A stretch of DNA of 64,000 nucleotides from Pocillopora damicornis. Taxonomy: Eukaryota. The stretch lies in assembly GCF_003704095.1 (NCBI RefSeq), contig NW_020844150.1, positions 1-64,000 of the forward strand, given 5' to 3'. Positions 49,337-63,400 of this stretch are shown here, one piece after another. The notes beneath the pieces are model-generated. The model was not told the origin of the DNA. It saw only the letters and a program-made list of their open reading frames with translations, and did no database searches. The position numbers were made by a program, and so were the translations under genes. Position 1 is the stretch's first letter; each line of letters starts with the position of its first letter.

Positions 49337-52300
49337 ATGCAGATAACTGTCAAAATACTAAATGGCCAAGAAGCGCGTCTGGAGGTAGGTAAGATTTGCT
49401 CAGAAAAAAGGAACAGTGTTGCATCGTACGAAGAGGAACAAACGCTCTCCTGAAGAAAGACATACGATATTTTCTTGAACATTAGATTTTTATCTTTACT
49501 GTCTTAAACTTAAAGGTCTCAAAGGATATATGGTTGTCAATGAAGAGGCAGCTTCAAAATCGAAACGTTTACATGTTTGATACAACTTGAAAGCCGTGGA
49601 CGTGCAGTTAGGAGTCGTTCTGCGACACAGACGGCTGACATCTTGAACTTGCAAGTGGGACTTTGAGCGCGATTCTCAACAAATTTGTGGAAAATTCCGA
49701 AAGGTAGCTGATGAGACTTTTGGCCAACACGAAACGCTCCGTTATACCACCACAAATTATTTTTTTCACAAGTATTTGACAATCTCCTGTCATAAAATAT
49801 AGGTTGCTTCATATTTTAATGGCTGTATTTTGTTTTCTTCTGTTCTTGTGGTTTGATTACAGGTATCTGCAAGTGATCAGATCTCGCTAGTAAAAAGACA
49901 AGTTTATGAAAAGCTTGAAATTCCAGTGTTACAACAGAGATTGATTTTTAGGGGAAAAACTTTACCAGGTATTGTTATGAAATTGGTCAAGTAAATGTGG
50001 TTAAATTATAGCAGGTTTAAGTTCAATATATTTAAAAAAGAAAAAAGAAGGGGAAAAAAACAGATTCTTTTGTAAGATATGCACTGTTATCATATGTTTA
50101 TTTCATAGCGGCAAATGTTTGATTTGCAACTTGTTACAGCACCAAGTTGACAGGAAGTGTTGACTGGAAACAGAAATTTAAACTGAAAGTATTTTTGTAT
50201 AATTATGCTTCAAGGTATCAAAAGAGAAAACTCCTTTAAAGTTTTAGACAATTGCAAGAAACAAGTGTAAGCAATATTAACATTTAAGCTTCTTGCTACA
50301 TGTACAGGCGTGAAGGCGTTATTTTGGATTGGATGCATTATGTGGCTTCCACTTTTCTCATTCACCTTTTAACTCTAGGAGTGATTAACATGTAACTTCT
50401 CCCCATAATATCCCTACATTACCCAGCAAACAGGTGATGAGAATATTCAAACTTATCAGGTAGGAGTTGTTATCTTGATCTAACAAAAAGTTCTCAAAAC
50501 TAATTTACAGGAAGTATGTAGCAGCTAAAGGCAGAATTCACAATCAGATCTTGGGGGTTCCAGGGTTAAACAGTTTTTATAGCTCTTTTACTTGCAAAAG
50601 TCCGAAAGCGATCACAACAAATCAGATAATTGAGTATACTGTGTAATGTCGCCATCCATCGGGATAGCTGAAGCACCCAAAATTCTAGTTTCAAAAGAAC
50701 CATCAGTTGTTTCAATTTTTTTTAATCTTAATACTTTATTCCCATAAACCTTTAACTCTCAGAACTGACAGACATGTAAATTCTCCTTTTAATTAATATC
50801 CATAAATTATCTAGGTAAACAGGTAATGAGTCTACCCAAACTTATCAGGTAGAATTTGTTATCTTGATCCAACACAAAATTCTTGTAACTAATTTATAAG
50901 GAAATGTGTGGTAGCTAGAGAGGAGAATTAACAATCAGATCTTGGAAGTTAAAGGGTTAAATACTGTGTTAATGGTTAAAGGTTAATTTTTTTCTTGCCA
51001 TCAGACTCTTCCACTTTACGAGATCATCACATTGTGGATGGGAGCAAACTTCACTTATCTGTGAAAAAACAAAGTGAAGGAGCCAGCAGTGGAAATAACA
51101 GTGAATTTTTTGGATTACTGAGAGATCTTCTCAGAAGCCATTTTAGTGAACAGGACACTGAGCAAGTGATGAAAAAATTCAAGGAGGTTTGTTGTTATTT
51201 ACACTCTTTACACACGAGATTTCATGTCAATCAACAGGAGACATTAGTGTTTGTTCACACCTTTTACTAAGGGATTTTGATGCCTGCACTGTTAGTTATG
51301 GACCAATTTTTTCTGCCCCAGTTTTAAGGCTTAGGCCCAAAAAAAAAAAAAACAAGGTTCTGTAGTTTACAATAGGGACCAAGAAATGAGGCTAGTGAGA
51401 TATTTACTATATCACTGTGTTCAAATTCATGTTGTGGAGGAAGATTTCAATTAAAACAAATGTTTGAATTTAGCAGGCCATACAATTGAATTACAGGGAT
51501 ACCTTTATCATAAGCTGAGATATGAAGCATATACCCTGTAGGAAACCAAGAGTTGCTGGCTTCTTGATTGCTCCTGAAAATTTCTCAGTTGCTTCATTTC
51601 CTAAGCAGTGCAAAGCTCATACCTGAAACAATTTTTTTTATACCCCTTTTCACCCTAACATCAGTATCCATAATCTCCTTACTCTTCTCTGTACATTTCC
51701 TTTGGTATTGTAAGGGAGAATTTGTTTAAAAATCAGAGCTTCTAAATGTTAGTTTGGTTGTCGTTTCCTCTATTCTTATAATCGTAAAGAATGATTCAGC
51801 AGTATGACTGGAAGAGGAAGTTAGATGCTGATCACCTTTAGGGTTTAAAGCATTCAATGTTTGGCATGTATGATCTGAAGTTATCTCTGTTATGCTTCGT
51901 TTTAGTCTAATTGGTTCACACACTTAATCAAAGTAAACAATGAGATCATAAGCAGACTTGAGAAAAAGGAATTTTATTACACTAATTTCTCCTTACAATA
52001 TCACCCCTGAATCACACAATTAGGTCGCAAGAAATAAGAAAATTATCACCAATTAAAGAAGGTCTTGATTGTTAAACAAATTCCCCTAGTTAGCATCTTA
52101 CAAAATGTATATACAGAGCAGTATGGAGAATACACAGACTGGTGTTGGGTTATGAAGACTTAAAGTACTTACTGAGAAGTTAAACTTCCTTGTGTGACCA
52201 CTTCAAGGAAGTAACCAGCTTCCCAAAATCAAGCCAGAAAGATTGTTGTTTCAAAATCTTGTGGAACACACCACACCAATCTCTATCTGTGACTCTGATC

Positions 52301-52879
52301 AACCTCTCTTATGTTTGCTGTGAGACTCGGAAAACTGTGAATACCTCAGACTGACACCATTTTCCAGCTTTTGGTTGATAAAATTCCCTTAGCAGGAAAG
52401 TGTGTAGTGAAGCCATCGACCTTTTCACTCCTAAGATCTCATTAGTAATTCTCCTTACTGCTCGCCATATAATTCAATATTTTGCCCTGAGGAAGGGCTA
52501 ACTCTTGAAATGTCAGCTTTGAAACTCTTAACAGTGGCAAATTTACATTATCAACTCAGTTGATAATACTTAATTACCCTGTTATAGTCTTCCACCAATG
52601 CAGAACCACAGTTTCTTTCGTAACTTACCCGCTTTAAGATTTTCCAACTGATCCTGGTCATAATTATCATACTTATGTAATAACAAGTTTGCAATTACAT
52701 AAATTCAACATCACTTACTGATTCATAAACAGAGTAGAAAGGATTGAGCTTATGTGTTAACAGTTTTCTCTGTTTTATTTTCTACATAGGATTTCAAGAC
52801 ATGGGTTTGGTCTCTGAGCCTTGATGACATTGAGAGAATGGCAGCTCTTCATTTGAGAGAGGCATCTGATGAACAATGA
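49337..52879 (+). CDS. UBL4A: Ubiquitin-like protein 4A (GET5 orthologue, BAG6 complex), 141 aa, 4 coding exons
   Basis: Exons 49337-49384, 49863-49968, 51005-51186, 52790-52879, all GT-AG and in phase. UBL domain MQITVKILNG..QQRLIFRGK.L.D..TL.D..I.DGSKLHL, no di-Gly; C-terminal SLSLDDIERMA TUGS motif. Confidence 0.92.
50365..50960. mobile_element. Two TTAA (piggyBac-like) MITEs in UBL4A intron 2 (about 50365-50568, about 50746-50960)
   Basis: cctttaactc...gttaaagggttaa termini; similar to each other and to 24289-24444. Confidence 0.7.
52484..52635 (+). mobile_element. Penelope-type repeat with a degenerate hammerhead motif
   Basis: ctgaggaagggctaactcttgaaatgtcagc followed by cattatcaactcagttgataa, as at 8845-8930. 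Confidence 0.55.
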
Positions 52880-53793
52880 GGCCCCCCCCCCCTCCCCTAA
52901 ATAATAAAGAAAAAAAAGATGTAACACTGCAAAAAGACCAGTTTGCATTGTTTTTTGAGTATGTTGATGAACTGTGGCAAGTATTTTCTAGGAAGTTCCC
53001 CCTTTCTTTGGACTACAGGTCTCTTGGTCATGGTCTTTACAGACATTTTTTATGACAACTATGATATCACTACAAACGGACAGGAACATGGATGAAGCCT
53101 GTTAGAGATTTCTGATAAACTGTTAAGTTCTCAGTCCAAATTGTTGGTGTGTTTCCTCATGGAAGACAAGGAGAATCTAATGTTGCATTTATAGTCTATG
53201 TTTATTGGCACCTAATTTCAACCTCTTCAGTCAAAAGTCTTGTTAAAAGTACTGTTTAATTTTCAGCAAGGGATCCTGAAACTTTTACATTGACAAAGTT
53301 TTGGTTACGATTTTTATAGTTTACTAAGAGTGACTAGCATCATGAATCATAGGCATTAATGTAATTAACTGTCTTGTTCTCAATATCTTAAAGTAACCAG
53401 GCTACTCAGCCTCCTGATATAAACATACAAGAATTAAGTTTTGAACAGAGGAAAAGTGGTAAAATGAAAAACTTGACTATGAGCCACATTGGCTTAATGT
53501 TCTTTGGCGATTATAAGAAATATAAAAATTGTCGTTACTGTAGCCGGTGTGACTGTCTTTTCTGTCTTTTTAGCCATAGAGTGGTTTCAGAGTTGTGTGA
53601 CAGCCTGGGAGCTACTTAAGTGTTAAAATGAAAAAAATACAAGACAAAACAAAATAAAAACTAGAAAAAAAGTAAAGAGTTCCAATCCTTGTACTCTCTC
53701 TTTTTTAAAATTCCTTTGCAGGGGTTTCATGAACCATCTCCAAGTGGCTGCTCATGGTGTTATTGGCAGTTGAGCCCTTAACCACTCATCCCC

Positions 53794-53989
53794 TTAACCC
53801 TTTAACTCCCAGATCAAATTTGTCATTCTCCTTACTATTGACCATACAATTCTTATAATGCCAGTTGAGAGAATTTCGTATTGGATCAACTAATTATCCT
53901 CAAATTGATATTTTTCTTTATTCTCATCACTCCTCTGATATTGTAAGGAGAAATTCTGTCTTGGTCACTCATGAGAGTTAAAGGGTTAA
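53794..53989. mobile_element. piggyBac-like MITE
   Basis: TTAA-CCCTTTAACTC ... GAGTTAAAGGG-TTAA. Confidence 0.85.
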
Positions 53990-55383
53990 TCCCTAAGAGT
54001 GATTAGTTATTATTTTCCCCAATCAAAGAAACATTGAGGTCATGAGAATAAAGGAAATGATCACCAACTAAAGAAGCTTTTGATTGTTAAACAAATTCTT
54101 TTCGTCAGAACCATAGGAAATGTATAGAGAACAGTGTGGAGAAAATTTATATAGATGTTAGAGTGTAGAGGGTTAAAGAGGCAGTTGAAACCCAAACACG
54201 AAAGCCTGCCTACATGCTACACGGATGGAAGTAGGAGATCTTATAGGAGACAGGAGACCCCAGCTGATAACTGGATTTTATTGAAACCCTGCACAGTTAT
54301 CTGGTGGGCTAAGAGTACATTTTTATTAACCTGTTAAACCCTAAGAGTGACTAGCATCTAATTTCTCCTTACAATATCACCCCAGTTAATTTGTGAGAAT
54401 TTAGGAGCAAAAGAAACCATTGATTGTTACACAAATTCTCTTTATCAGCACCTTAGGGAATGTATGGGAAACAGTATGAAGACTACTTTTACTGATGTTG
54501 GGGTGTAAAGCATTAAAACACTGATTTATGACATTGAGAATGTATCTTATTGAAATGAGGGTTGTCAAGTTATCTTAATTCTGTTTTCTCTTTTTTCTTT
54601 TTTCTTTTGTTTATGTTTTGTTCCTTTATCTTCATTCCCCTTTGCCTTACTAATAGCATGTGATAGCTTAGGATGGATTTAAATGTAACCAGCAGTTATA
54701 CAATAGACACTTCACACTTTGTCCCCTAGAAGTGACTGGAACTTAAATTTCTCTTTACGCTGTCAACCCCAAATCACACATTAATGTCACATGTATAGAG
54801 CAAATGATCACCAACTAAAGAAGTTGTTGATTGTTAATTAAATTCTCCTTGTCAACTCTATGGGAAATGTCTAGAGAGCAATATGGAGAATATACTTACT
54901 GATGTTAGGGTACAAATTAAGGGTTAGAGCTGTTGTTATTTTGGATGGAATTGATACATTGATATTTTTTAGTTTCTCCCTCTTTTGTATGTTTTGTATG
55001 AGGATTAATTGCAGCAGTGTGAATTATTTCCTCTTATTTTGGCCTAAAAAAATAAATGTTAACTGAAATATCAAAGAACAGCATCTGTTTTTAAAATAGA
55101 GTAGGTTACCTTTAGTTTATTTTTTGTCATCCTGCTTCATCAAATATTTGCACAAAGTGTAATGTCTTGTCAAGAAGCTGCATTGATACTGATGAGGTAA
55201 GACTGTGATTTTCCGTTGAGTTCTTGCATTATTAACCCATCTATACATTTCTTTGGGTGCTGACAAAGAGAAATCTTTTCAAAGTCAAAGCTTCTTGCGT
55301 TGGCGATCATTTCATTCAGTTACTCTCGTGATCGTAACGATTGATTCAGCAGTAGTAAACTGCAATGAGAAGTCTCTTAGGGT

Positions 55384-55594
55384 TTAACCCTTTAACTCCC
55401 AGGATCTGATTGTTAATTCTCCCCTCTAGCTGCTACGCATTTGCTTCTAAATTAGTTGCAAGAATTTGGCGTTAGATCAAGATAATAACTTCCACCTGAT
55501 ACATCTAAGTATTCTCAATACCTGTTTGTTGGAGAATGTATGGATATTGCAGGGAGAGGTTACCTGTGAATCACTCATGGAGTTAAAGGGTTAA
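55384..55594. mobile_element. piggyBac-like MITE
   Basis: TTAA-CCCTTTAACTCC ... GGAGTTAAAGGG-TTAA. Confidence 0.85.
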
Positions 55595-55649
55595 GGGTCA
55601 AAAAGAGTCGAACAGGGAGTTAAGTAAAACAGCCTGTATCTTTGATAAC

Positions 55650-55972
55650 GACGTTTTTCGTCTTGTCACGAGCTTAGGACAAAGAAAAAATTTTCATGCT
55701 CTACCACTGAGCCACAGAGAATCCGTGGTGAGCAAGACTGATTACGAAGTTCATATATGAGACCCGTCCTGCATTTTGCCAGGATCAGCGATGTAGATAG
55801 AGTCTTTTTTGTAAATAGAATTAAAGAAATGGTTAGTTTTTTTAGCTCGGTAAAGAAGTAAGGAGAGAAGTATTTCGATTTGCCACGAGCGTAGGAGAAA
55901 GAAAAAAAATGATTCCGGGTCCCTCTTCATCGAGCTCAAAGCTCAAACTTACCATCTCTCTTGTACTATTTA
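55650..55972 (-). mobile_element. tRNA-derived SINE-like repeat
   Basis: Minus strand tgtggctcagtggtagagcat (A-box-like); second copy at about 61282-61650. Confidence 0.55.
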
Positions 55973-56894
55973 CAAAAAGTGTATCCTGTATCGTTTTCAT
56001 TTATTTTTTTCTTTTTTTGTGCTTAATTAAACATTTGAAACTCCGCCTGCTATGGCAAACACCACTCCTCACCGTTCATTTCACTCATTTCATGACCTCT
56101 GAATGATAATTTATGCACTCTTGTGATCCAACAATATCAACATTTGCATTTGTCTAATGCATCTGTTAAAATCGTTGCTCAGACAATCTCCGTTATTATA
56201 TATTTTTAGTAAACCTGCTTGGTTTCGTGAACGTAGATTTAGGAAAAGACAACTGCGACCTTTTTCAGTCTCCAGGTTTAAAAATAAATAAACACAGCGA
56301 AATGAAGCCTTGGAATAGTTTTGATGGCATTGGGGTCATTGGAATCATCCCACCCACCACTTTCACAGATATGTTTTTTAATTTTTGTTTGGTTTTGACA
56401 GGTGAATTCACACATGTGCTCGCTTTCCTTTTCTCCTATTTTTATTTTGTCGCATATTTCAAAAATAAAATTAAAAAGAGCTTAAAATAAGAACTTTTCA
56501 GACGAGAAGTCGTTTTGAGGGGGGTTTTTGAAGCTATATTTAGATACAGTAAGTTTTTTTTCTTTTAAATATATATTGTAAAAAAATATCCAAAAAGAGC
56601 CGACAAAAGGTTAAATTGGCGGTACTCCTTTCGATTTCAACATCTCCACAAACATCATGCATAATTTACTGTGGTAAATAAAGAAACAGATTGCGACGTA
56701 ACTTGTAAAAGCCCTATCTCAATTTGAGAGCTATATCAGACAATTTTGCTATCTGCTTTCTAAAATCGACGATCTTTTTATGATAATTACGCATTTTGTA
56801 GCCTAAAATTGTCGTGAATTTGACAAGGAAATTCACAAGACACTCACAAAAGCGAAAGTAATTTATGCAATGTAAACCAGTGTTGTGTTTCAAA

Positions 56895-57000
56895 CAAGCT
56901 CTGATTGGTGAAAAGGAACAAAAGTTCGTATATACGCGACTATGATTGGTTAGTTGTAACAGCTGGCTGAATTGATTGACGTGTGATCACTGCGTGTGGA
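56895..57000 (+). promoter_or_regulatory. NF-YB promoter with two CCAAT boxes
   Basis: CTGATTGGTG (ATTGG 56904-56908), TGATTGGTT (56945-56949) and TGACGT at about 56977, upstream of a probable non-coding exon ending at 57138 (donor gtttgt; acceptor ttttccag at 57428). Confidence 0.6.
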
Positions 57001-57455
57001 AGTTCTACTCTTGTAGCTCGTTCGTGAGTGGTGAAGAAAGGGAGCGAACAGCCACTCGTGTGCGATCTGCTACTCGCATTTTCGTTGGCTACTCTAACTC
57101 AAACGAAACACCGGCCAGCCAACAAAAAATCGAGAAAGGTTTGTTTTACCTTCACGCCCTCCACCAATAACATTTCTTGCCATTGAGATTCCACGGTTTT
57201 CACTTGAACTTTTCGAAGCGTTTCGAAGATTCGCGACGAGACGTGCCGCCGCGGTTTCGCTCACAAATTTGACTTCAAAATTTGTTTACATCGGTTTTTT
57301 CCGGGAGGTTTAAGCAGTCAAATAGCCCCCGTGGCTATTTTTTGTTTTGGAGGCGAGGGTTTGAAACCACTTAACGCCAAATAACATTCTTACTTTTGCT
57401 TTCTTATTTTGAAAATGGCTTTTCCAGTGCGTTGTCTCAACATCGACATTAGCTT

Positions 57456-60400
57456 ATGGAGGGCGTTGAGGAGGCGAGAAACGAAAGTACAGATGGGCTA
57501 AACACTCAACCTCCTGACAGCGGACAAGCTAGCTTTGCCCAACCAGGACTAGCTACTTACGCTCAAGGGAGCACTGTTCCAAACGGACATGGCGTTCAAC
57601 AAGTGATCGAGAACAGACCTGAAGTCCAAAACGAAACACATGTAGGTCTAGGAGATGATCGTGGACACCTCTCCATCTCCAATGTACCAGGTGGCGTTCA
57701 AGTCGCAGTTGTACCGGCTTCAGATGATGTGGGAGTCGTAGATGGAAGTTTGACAAACACCTCGGCCGTAGATCGAGGAGATGAAGCAACACATACCGTT
57801 GTAACAGCAATGCCCGCTGATTATGGGTTACCAGGGCCTCTACCGACTCAATTTGTCATTCAGCACGAAGACCACGAGGGTAAGAAAACAAAAATTATAT
57901 TTGTTTGCAGTATTTTACAAGCTAATTACCTCTCGTGATGCATTTAGAGTTAACTTAATTACGAGGTCTGGAAAGGTGTTGATTTTAGCGGCCTTTTTAA
58001 TGGTATCTTGTCAATTTCGTGTTCTTGTTTATATTCAATTTCCGTTGAAGAAATCCTTGAAAACTTTATGCTTTACAAAACAGATATTTCGCATTCGACC
58101 ATGTTCTGTCAGTTAAAGAACTAGATACACTTTTATCGTGTCATTATCTAGAGTTTAACCAAATATTAACGGAACTTATTGGGATAGTTACCTCGATGTG
58201 AAAATATCTCTTGTGGAAAGATTCTGTGTCAATATTCTGCCGCCAAATTTGCAAGAAATATCACTTCATAGAAAATTTATCTCTAGTTTAATTCAATTTC
58301 ACGATCACGAAGCTCAACAATAGAGAACTTGAAAAAATTTGAAGACTTGGCAAACTTTCTCCCATGGTTAAGTTTTTGGTTTGAAAAAAAGTACCTCGTA
58401 GCTGAATTGCTAAATTGATTCTAAATCTACCTGGCTGTTTAAGAAAAATTGCATTCTTGCACTCTTTCTCAGCTTTAAATTTCCTAATTTTTGACAGACT
58501 GATATTGATTGTACAAAATGATGGATTTGTAGAGAGAATGTTTTTAATATGGCTATGCTGCCAATTCTTCAGCCTCCATGGGATTCTTGGAAATAATTGA
58601 ATTTCACTGTGAAAATATTGAAAGAAAAATGTTATTTATATCCTCTTTAAATTCCTGTTACCTTACCTGAACTCAGGTTAAGACTGTTAAGTAAATTTTA
58701 CAGGCAACAAGTGCCACTATTTACTCTGCCTAGAAATAGGAATAGGGGTTTAGAAGAACAACAGCAGGTGCAAAATTAGATAAAATAGGAAATGTTATTC
58801 ATTCTTCAGACATAAATGGTTTTAGGCCTGGGGTTTTCATGTAAACAAGTGTCATATTTAGTTAACATTTGTTCCTTTCCCTCCCCACCCTGCAGAAATA
58901 GTGCTCTTTTAAATTGTGACTTGGTTACAAGTGGTAAACCAAACATTTTCCCAAAATCTTATCAGAAAGTGACTTGATCACCTTAATTGCATTGGGTTCA
59001 TATAGAAATGTGCAAATTAATTGATCCTAGTCTTTAAATCCTAAGTCTAATAAAAAATTCTCTCCTTCAGCTGCTACACATTTCCTTGTAAATGTGGTAT
59101 GAGAATGAAGTTTTAGATCATGATAAACACTTCTACCTGATGAGTTTGATTATTCTTATTACCTGTTTGTTGTAAAATGTATAGATTTATGGGGAGAAGT
59201 TATATGTTTATCAGCTAAAGGGTTAAAAGGTTAAGGATGACTGGATATAATTGAGTGACACTGATTTCAAATAAGCAAGTTGAAAAATTTAACATGTCTA
59301 CAGTGTGGCATCGTATCTGGGATCTTCATGGAAAGATCAACCAATGTAACAAAGTGTTTGACTTTAACACAGTGCATACATTTAATTGGTTGTTTCTAGG
59401 GTTGATGTCTGTCTGGCAATTGGAAACTACCCTGACTCCTTCCTTATAAATATAAGTTGCAGTAGAAATGATTCTGGTTTTTTTTTCCTTTTTATTTCGA
59501 AAGTCTCCTCTACAGATATTAAAATAGACTTGTACTTTTATAATTAAAAATTCCAGTGTGCCAGTAATTTTGCTTCTAAAACAGAGTCTTAATTTCTTAA
59601 ACCTTTAGTTTTACAAAATTCCCAATGTTTTGTATAAAAAATGGCTTTCTTCCTCAGTGAACAATGTAAACTCACTCCTAATTTTTAAATCTCGCAATAA
59701 TCTAAACTAATTTCTTTTACCCAAGGAATTTTTTTTTTCATGTTTGGACGCAGTTCAGTTGACATGTGCTTTATGAAGTTTTCATTTCCCTTTTATTTTG
59801 TCTGACAGTGTGTTGCTGGCAGGAATATTAAAGGATTTGAAATATTTGTTTTTGAATATATCTTGTTTCCTGCATGGAAAGCTTTTTTTCCTAGATTATT
59901 TTGCTATAAATATTTAATTCCATCTGCAGTTATGGTGCATTGTGTTCTTATAAAAATTTGATGATTGTCTCTGTAAAACATTTTCTTTCTTTTTCAGAAT
60001 AAATTAAATAAATATTTGTTAATTTTCGTTACTGTACTCTCTTACTGTGATATTCTATTTGTGTAAAACTATTTAAAAGCTTTAGTAACCAAATATAAAT
60101 GTTAAAAGTCCAGAAGAAACTACAGTCAAAGTAAGCATATACTTGTTTAGTTTACATGTATGTTAGTGCTTTGTGCCTAAAATTATCACATTTGTTACCC
60201 ACTGTGGTATGAATTATATATTACATACAAAATACAATAAATCAGTGTAAGGAATAGGGCATTCCATCAGAACTGGCCAATAAGGTCTTGCAATAAAAGT
60301 ACTAATTTGTTTTCATCAGATAAACTTTCTTGATACAATTTCTCAAAGGCCTAATTGAGTAATTAGGCTCCCTTGATTAAATTTTCAAGGCTGAAAAGGA

Positions 60401-63400
60401 TAGTAAACGTATTTGGAAATTCCCAGAATCATGAATATGAACATGGGGTATAGTGGCGGTTATCCGATGATGCCATTTGATCCAAATTTTCCACCACCTT
60501 TTAACCCTTTTGCATTTCCAAAAGGTTAGTGTTCCGTCTGTTTTTTCAGCATTTTGTGCTGTGCCTTGTTTGGCACATTGTAGGAGTTTTTTTCAGCAAG
60601 GTGAATTGAGACATTCCTCATTGGCTGTCGCTTTTGATGAATTTGTCCTGGTTCACCAATAATTCAAAGAACTTTCCACATACTTCCAATCATCTTCTAA
60701 TGGAGTTTATGTTCTAAAGGGTTATTCTGTGAAATAAGAAAATTTTCTTCCTGTCCAATAGTGATGGCAAATCTTTGATGCTTCCCAATCAGTTTTGAGA
60801 GCAGCTTTGTGGTGTTCATTGTGTGTGCAATCTTGTCAGTAAAACTGGCTCTGATTTGAAGAAAAATTCATCTTTGGTTTTCCTAGATAATCTTCCTGTT
60901 ATGAATTGGTATTGTTGGTTTTGCTTTTGGGAACAAATTACAAGAATTTTCAAGCATATCCAAAGACTCCATAGTGCATTTTTTTCATTTAACTTTAACC
61001 ACAAGTAAAATTATTTATGGCTTACCCACATTTTCAAAATTGGTTTTGTCAAGATTTTCTTACTATATTTGCAAAATGATGCAAAGGGTGAAATCTATGA
61101 AGTTCAGTTTTGAACTGTGAGGAGTAAAACTTGATCTTCAGAACAACAAAAGAATTCCTTGATTTTCTTGAATATTGGGACAACATCATTCCATGTATTC
61201 CTGGTCCATCTGTTTAAAGGAAAGAGGATTTTCTTAATCACAAATTTTGATTAATTGTAGGAAATGTACTTAGAAAAATATGTTTTTTCGTTTCATCATG
61301 AGCGTGGGACAAAGAAGAAATCTGAGTGCCCTTGAGGAACCTCAGACCTTTGCATTCCACGCTCTGATGCTCTGCCACTGAGCCGCAGATACTCTATGGT
61401 GAGCAATCACCATTACATAGTTCATATATGACACCCATCCTGTATAAACTGCTAGGATCAGTGATGTCAATAGCATTATGTTTTGTAAATAATATTTGCA
61501 AAATATAATATATAAATTATGATATATAAAAATATGATAGAATATGGAGACTTGGAACTTTTTCTTTGCCCAGGCTTGTGATAAGACATGAAAGCATCTT
61601 TTTCTATTTCTTTACTAAGCTCAAAACTTACCATTTTTCTTATTCTGCATGAAATGTGTAGTTAAAAACTGAATGTGCTCAGGTGAATAGTATATAAAAG
61701 CTTTGTTTGAAATGCCACACTGTAGGGTTTTATTCAAAATTCTAACCATATTGATGAAAATGAATTACAAGATAATTATTAGTACAAAAGTGCAAAACTT
61801 GTTGTCCTTTGCACCTTTGGGTCTTGTGAGTCCACAACATTTTGACCACTGTGATGAAGAATATTGTTGTCAACAAGAATACAGATCACTAAACCACTGT
61901 CTGTTGTATTTTATTACAGTATTGATTTCAAATAAAATGATTCTTTCAGTGCGTGACCAATGAATGACAGGTTGATGCAAGCAGCATTGTCTGTATTCGG
62001 ATTGTGACATTACTGCTAGTTGTAGTAAAAAAAAAAAAAAATGAAATCAAAATAATTGTTAGTACATCAAGTTTACAATGCTAAAGTATGTTGTCCTTTG
62101 CACCTTAACAGGAGCAGAAGACACTGGGGTTCATGATGTGGATGGTGACGAGAAGGAGCGTGATGACATTCTTAGAGAGCAGGTAATTTGTTAAGAGATA
62201 TTTGCTAGCTCTCCGGTGGTCAATGCACAGATCTGGTCCAAGGGTCTGGGTTTATGCCATGGCGGGGGCATTGTGTTGTTCACTTGGGAAAGACCCTTTG
62301 CCTCTCTCCGCTTTAGAGTTTTCACAAAGTCATGGATTTATCTATTTATTTACCAGTATTAGCAATATTTATGCAGGCTGGCCCAGTTTCTAAAGCTTCA
62401 AGCTGATTTGAATGAGGGCCTGCTTAAGATATATTACTTAACCCTTTAACTCTCATGAGTGACTATGACAGAATTTCTCCTTACAATATCAATACAATAT
62501 CAACCAGATAAGTGATGAGAATACAGAAAAATATCAAATTTGGAGATAATTAGTTGATCCAATACTAAATTCTCTGAACTAACGCTATAAGAATTGTATT
62601 GTTGATGGTAAGGAGAATTACAAATTTGATCTGGGAGTTAAAGGGTTAAAACAACATGTATTTAGAAATATAAGATACAAAAGGAGCCCACAACACAAAT
62701 TACAATCTACACATAAGATATACAATTTATGTTACATACAGAGTACATTGCATCAGTTACTTAATGAAGTTTGAGAAGTTTCTTAAAATTGGGTGGTGAA
62801 GTTGTTTATTAGTTTACTAATCAGAGTATTCCACGCCTATGCACCTTTGTAGCAAAAAAAAGGAACCTTAAAATTTTGATGTTTTAGCCAGGGTAATCAT
62901 ATAAGGTCTCTATGTCTGGTATTGTTGGCATGATAATGGCAGGAGCTAAATTCATTCAAAAGATAGGCAGGTGCAAGACTGTGTAGGCATGTAAACACTT
63001 GTAGGCAAGTTTGATGTATCCTTCTGATTTTCTAAGGAAGGGGAGTTAAAAGTACTGCTGGTATTTTCTACTTTATGCCCTTTGATGATATGAGCTGCTC
63101 ACAGTTGCAATTTGTCCAATACTGGTAAACTGTTTGGGAACTTGAGAGAATGTCAGTGTTAGTTGTGCTGAGGGCTGGAAAACTAATACACAATCTTAGT
63201 GGCTTCTTGATTTTTAAACAGGGATACAAATGTACACACTCTGCTAACACGAGCCATTATGCTTGTAAATACTGTCAACTTTTTCCTTCATTATCTTCTT
63301 ATTGTGAGTCATAAAGAGCACACTCCTGATGACTTCTCTTGTTTCAACACAGCTTAGTTCAAATTGGTATTTATGATTGTCGCGAGGGCCACCCCTTCCT

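Noticed and set aside
61330-61390. tRNA gene
   Set aside because: A-box-like start only, with the B box deleted; part of a SINE-like repeat with a second copy at about 55700
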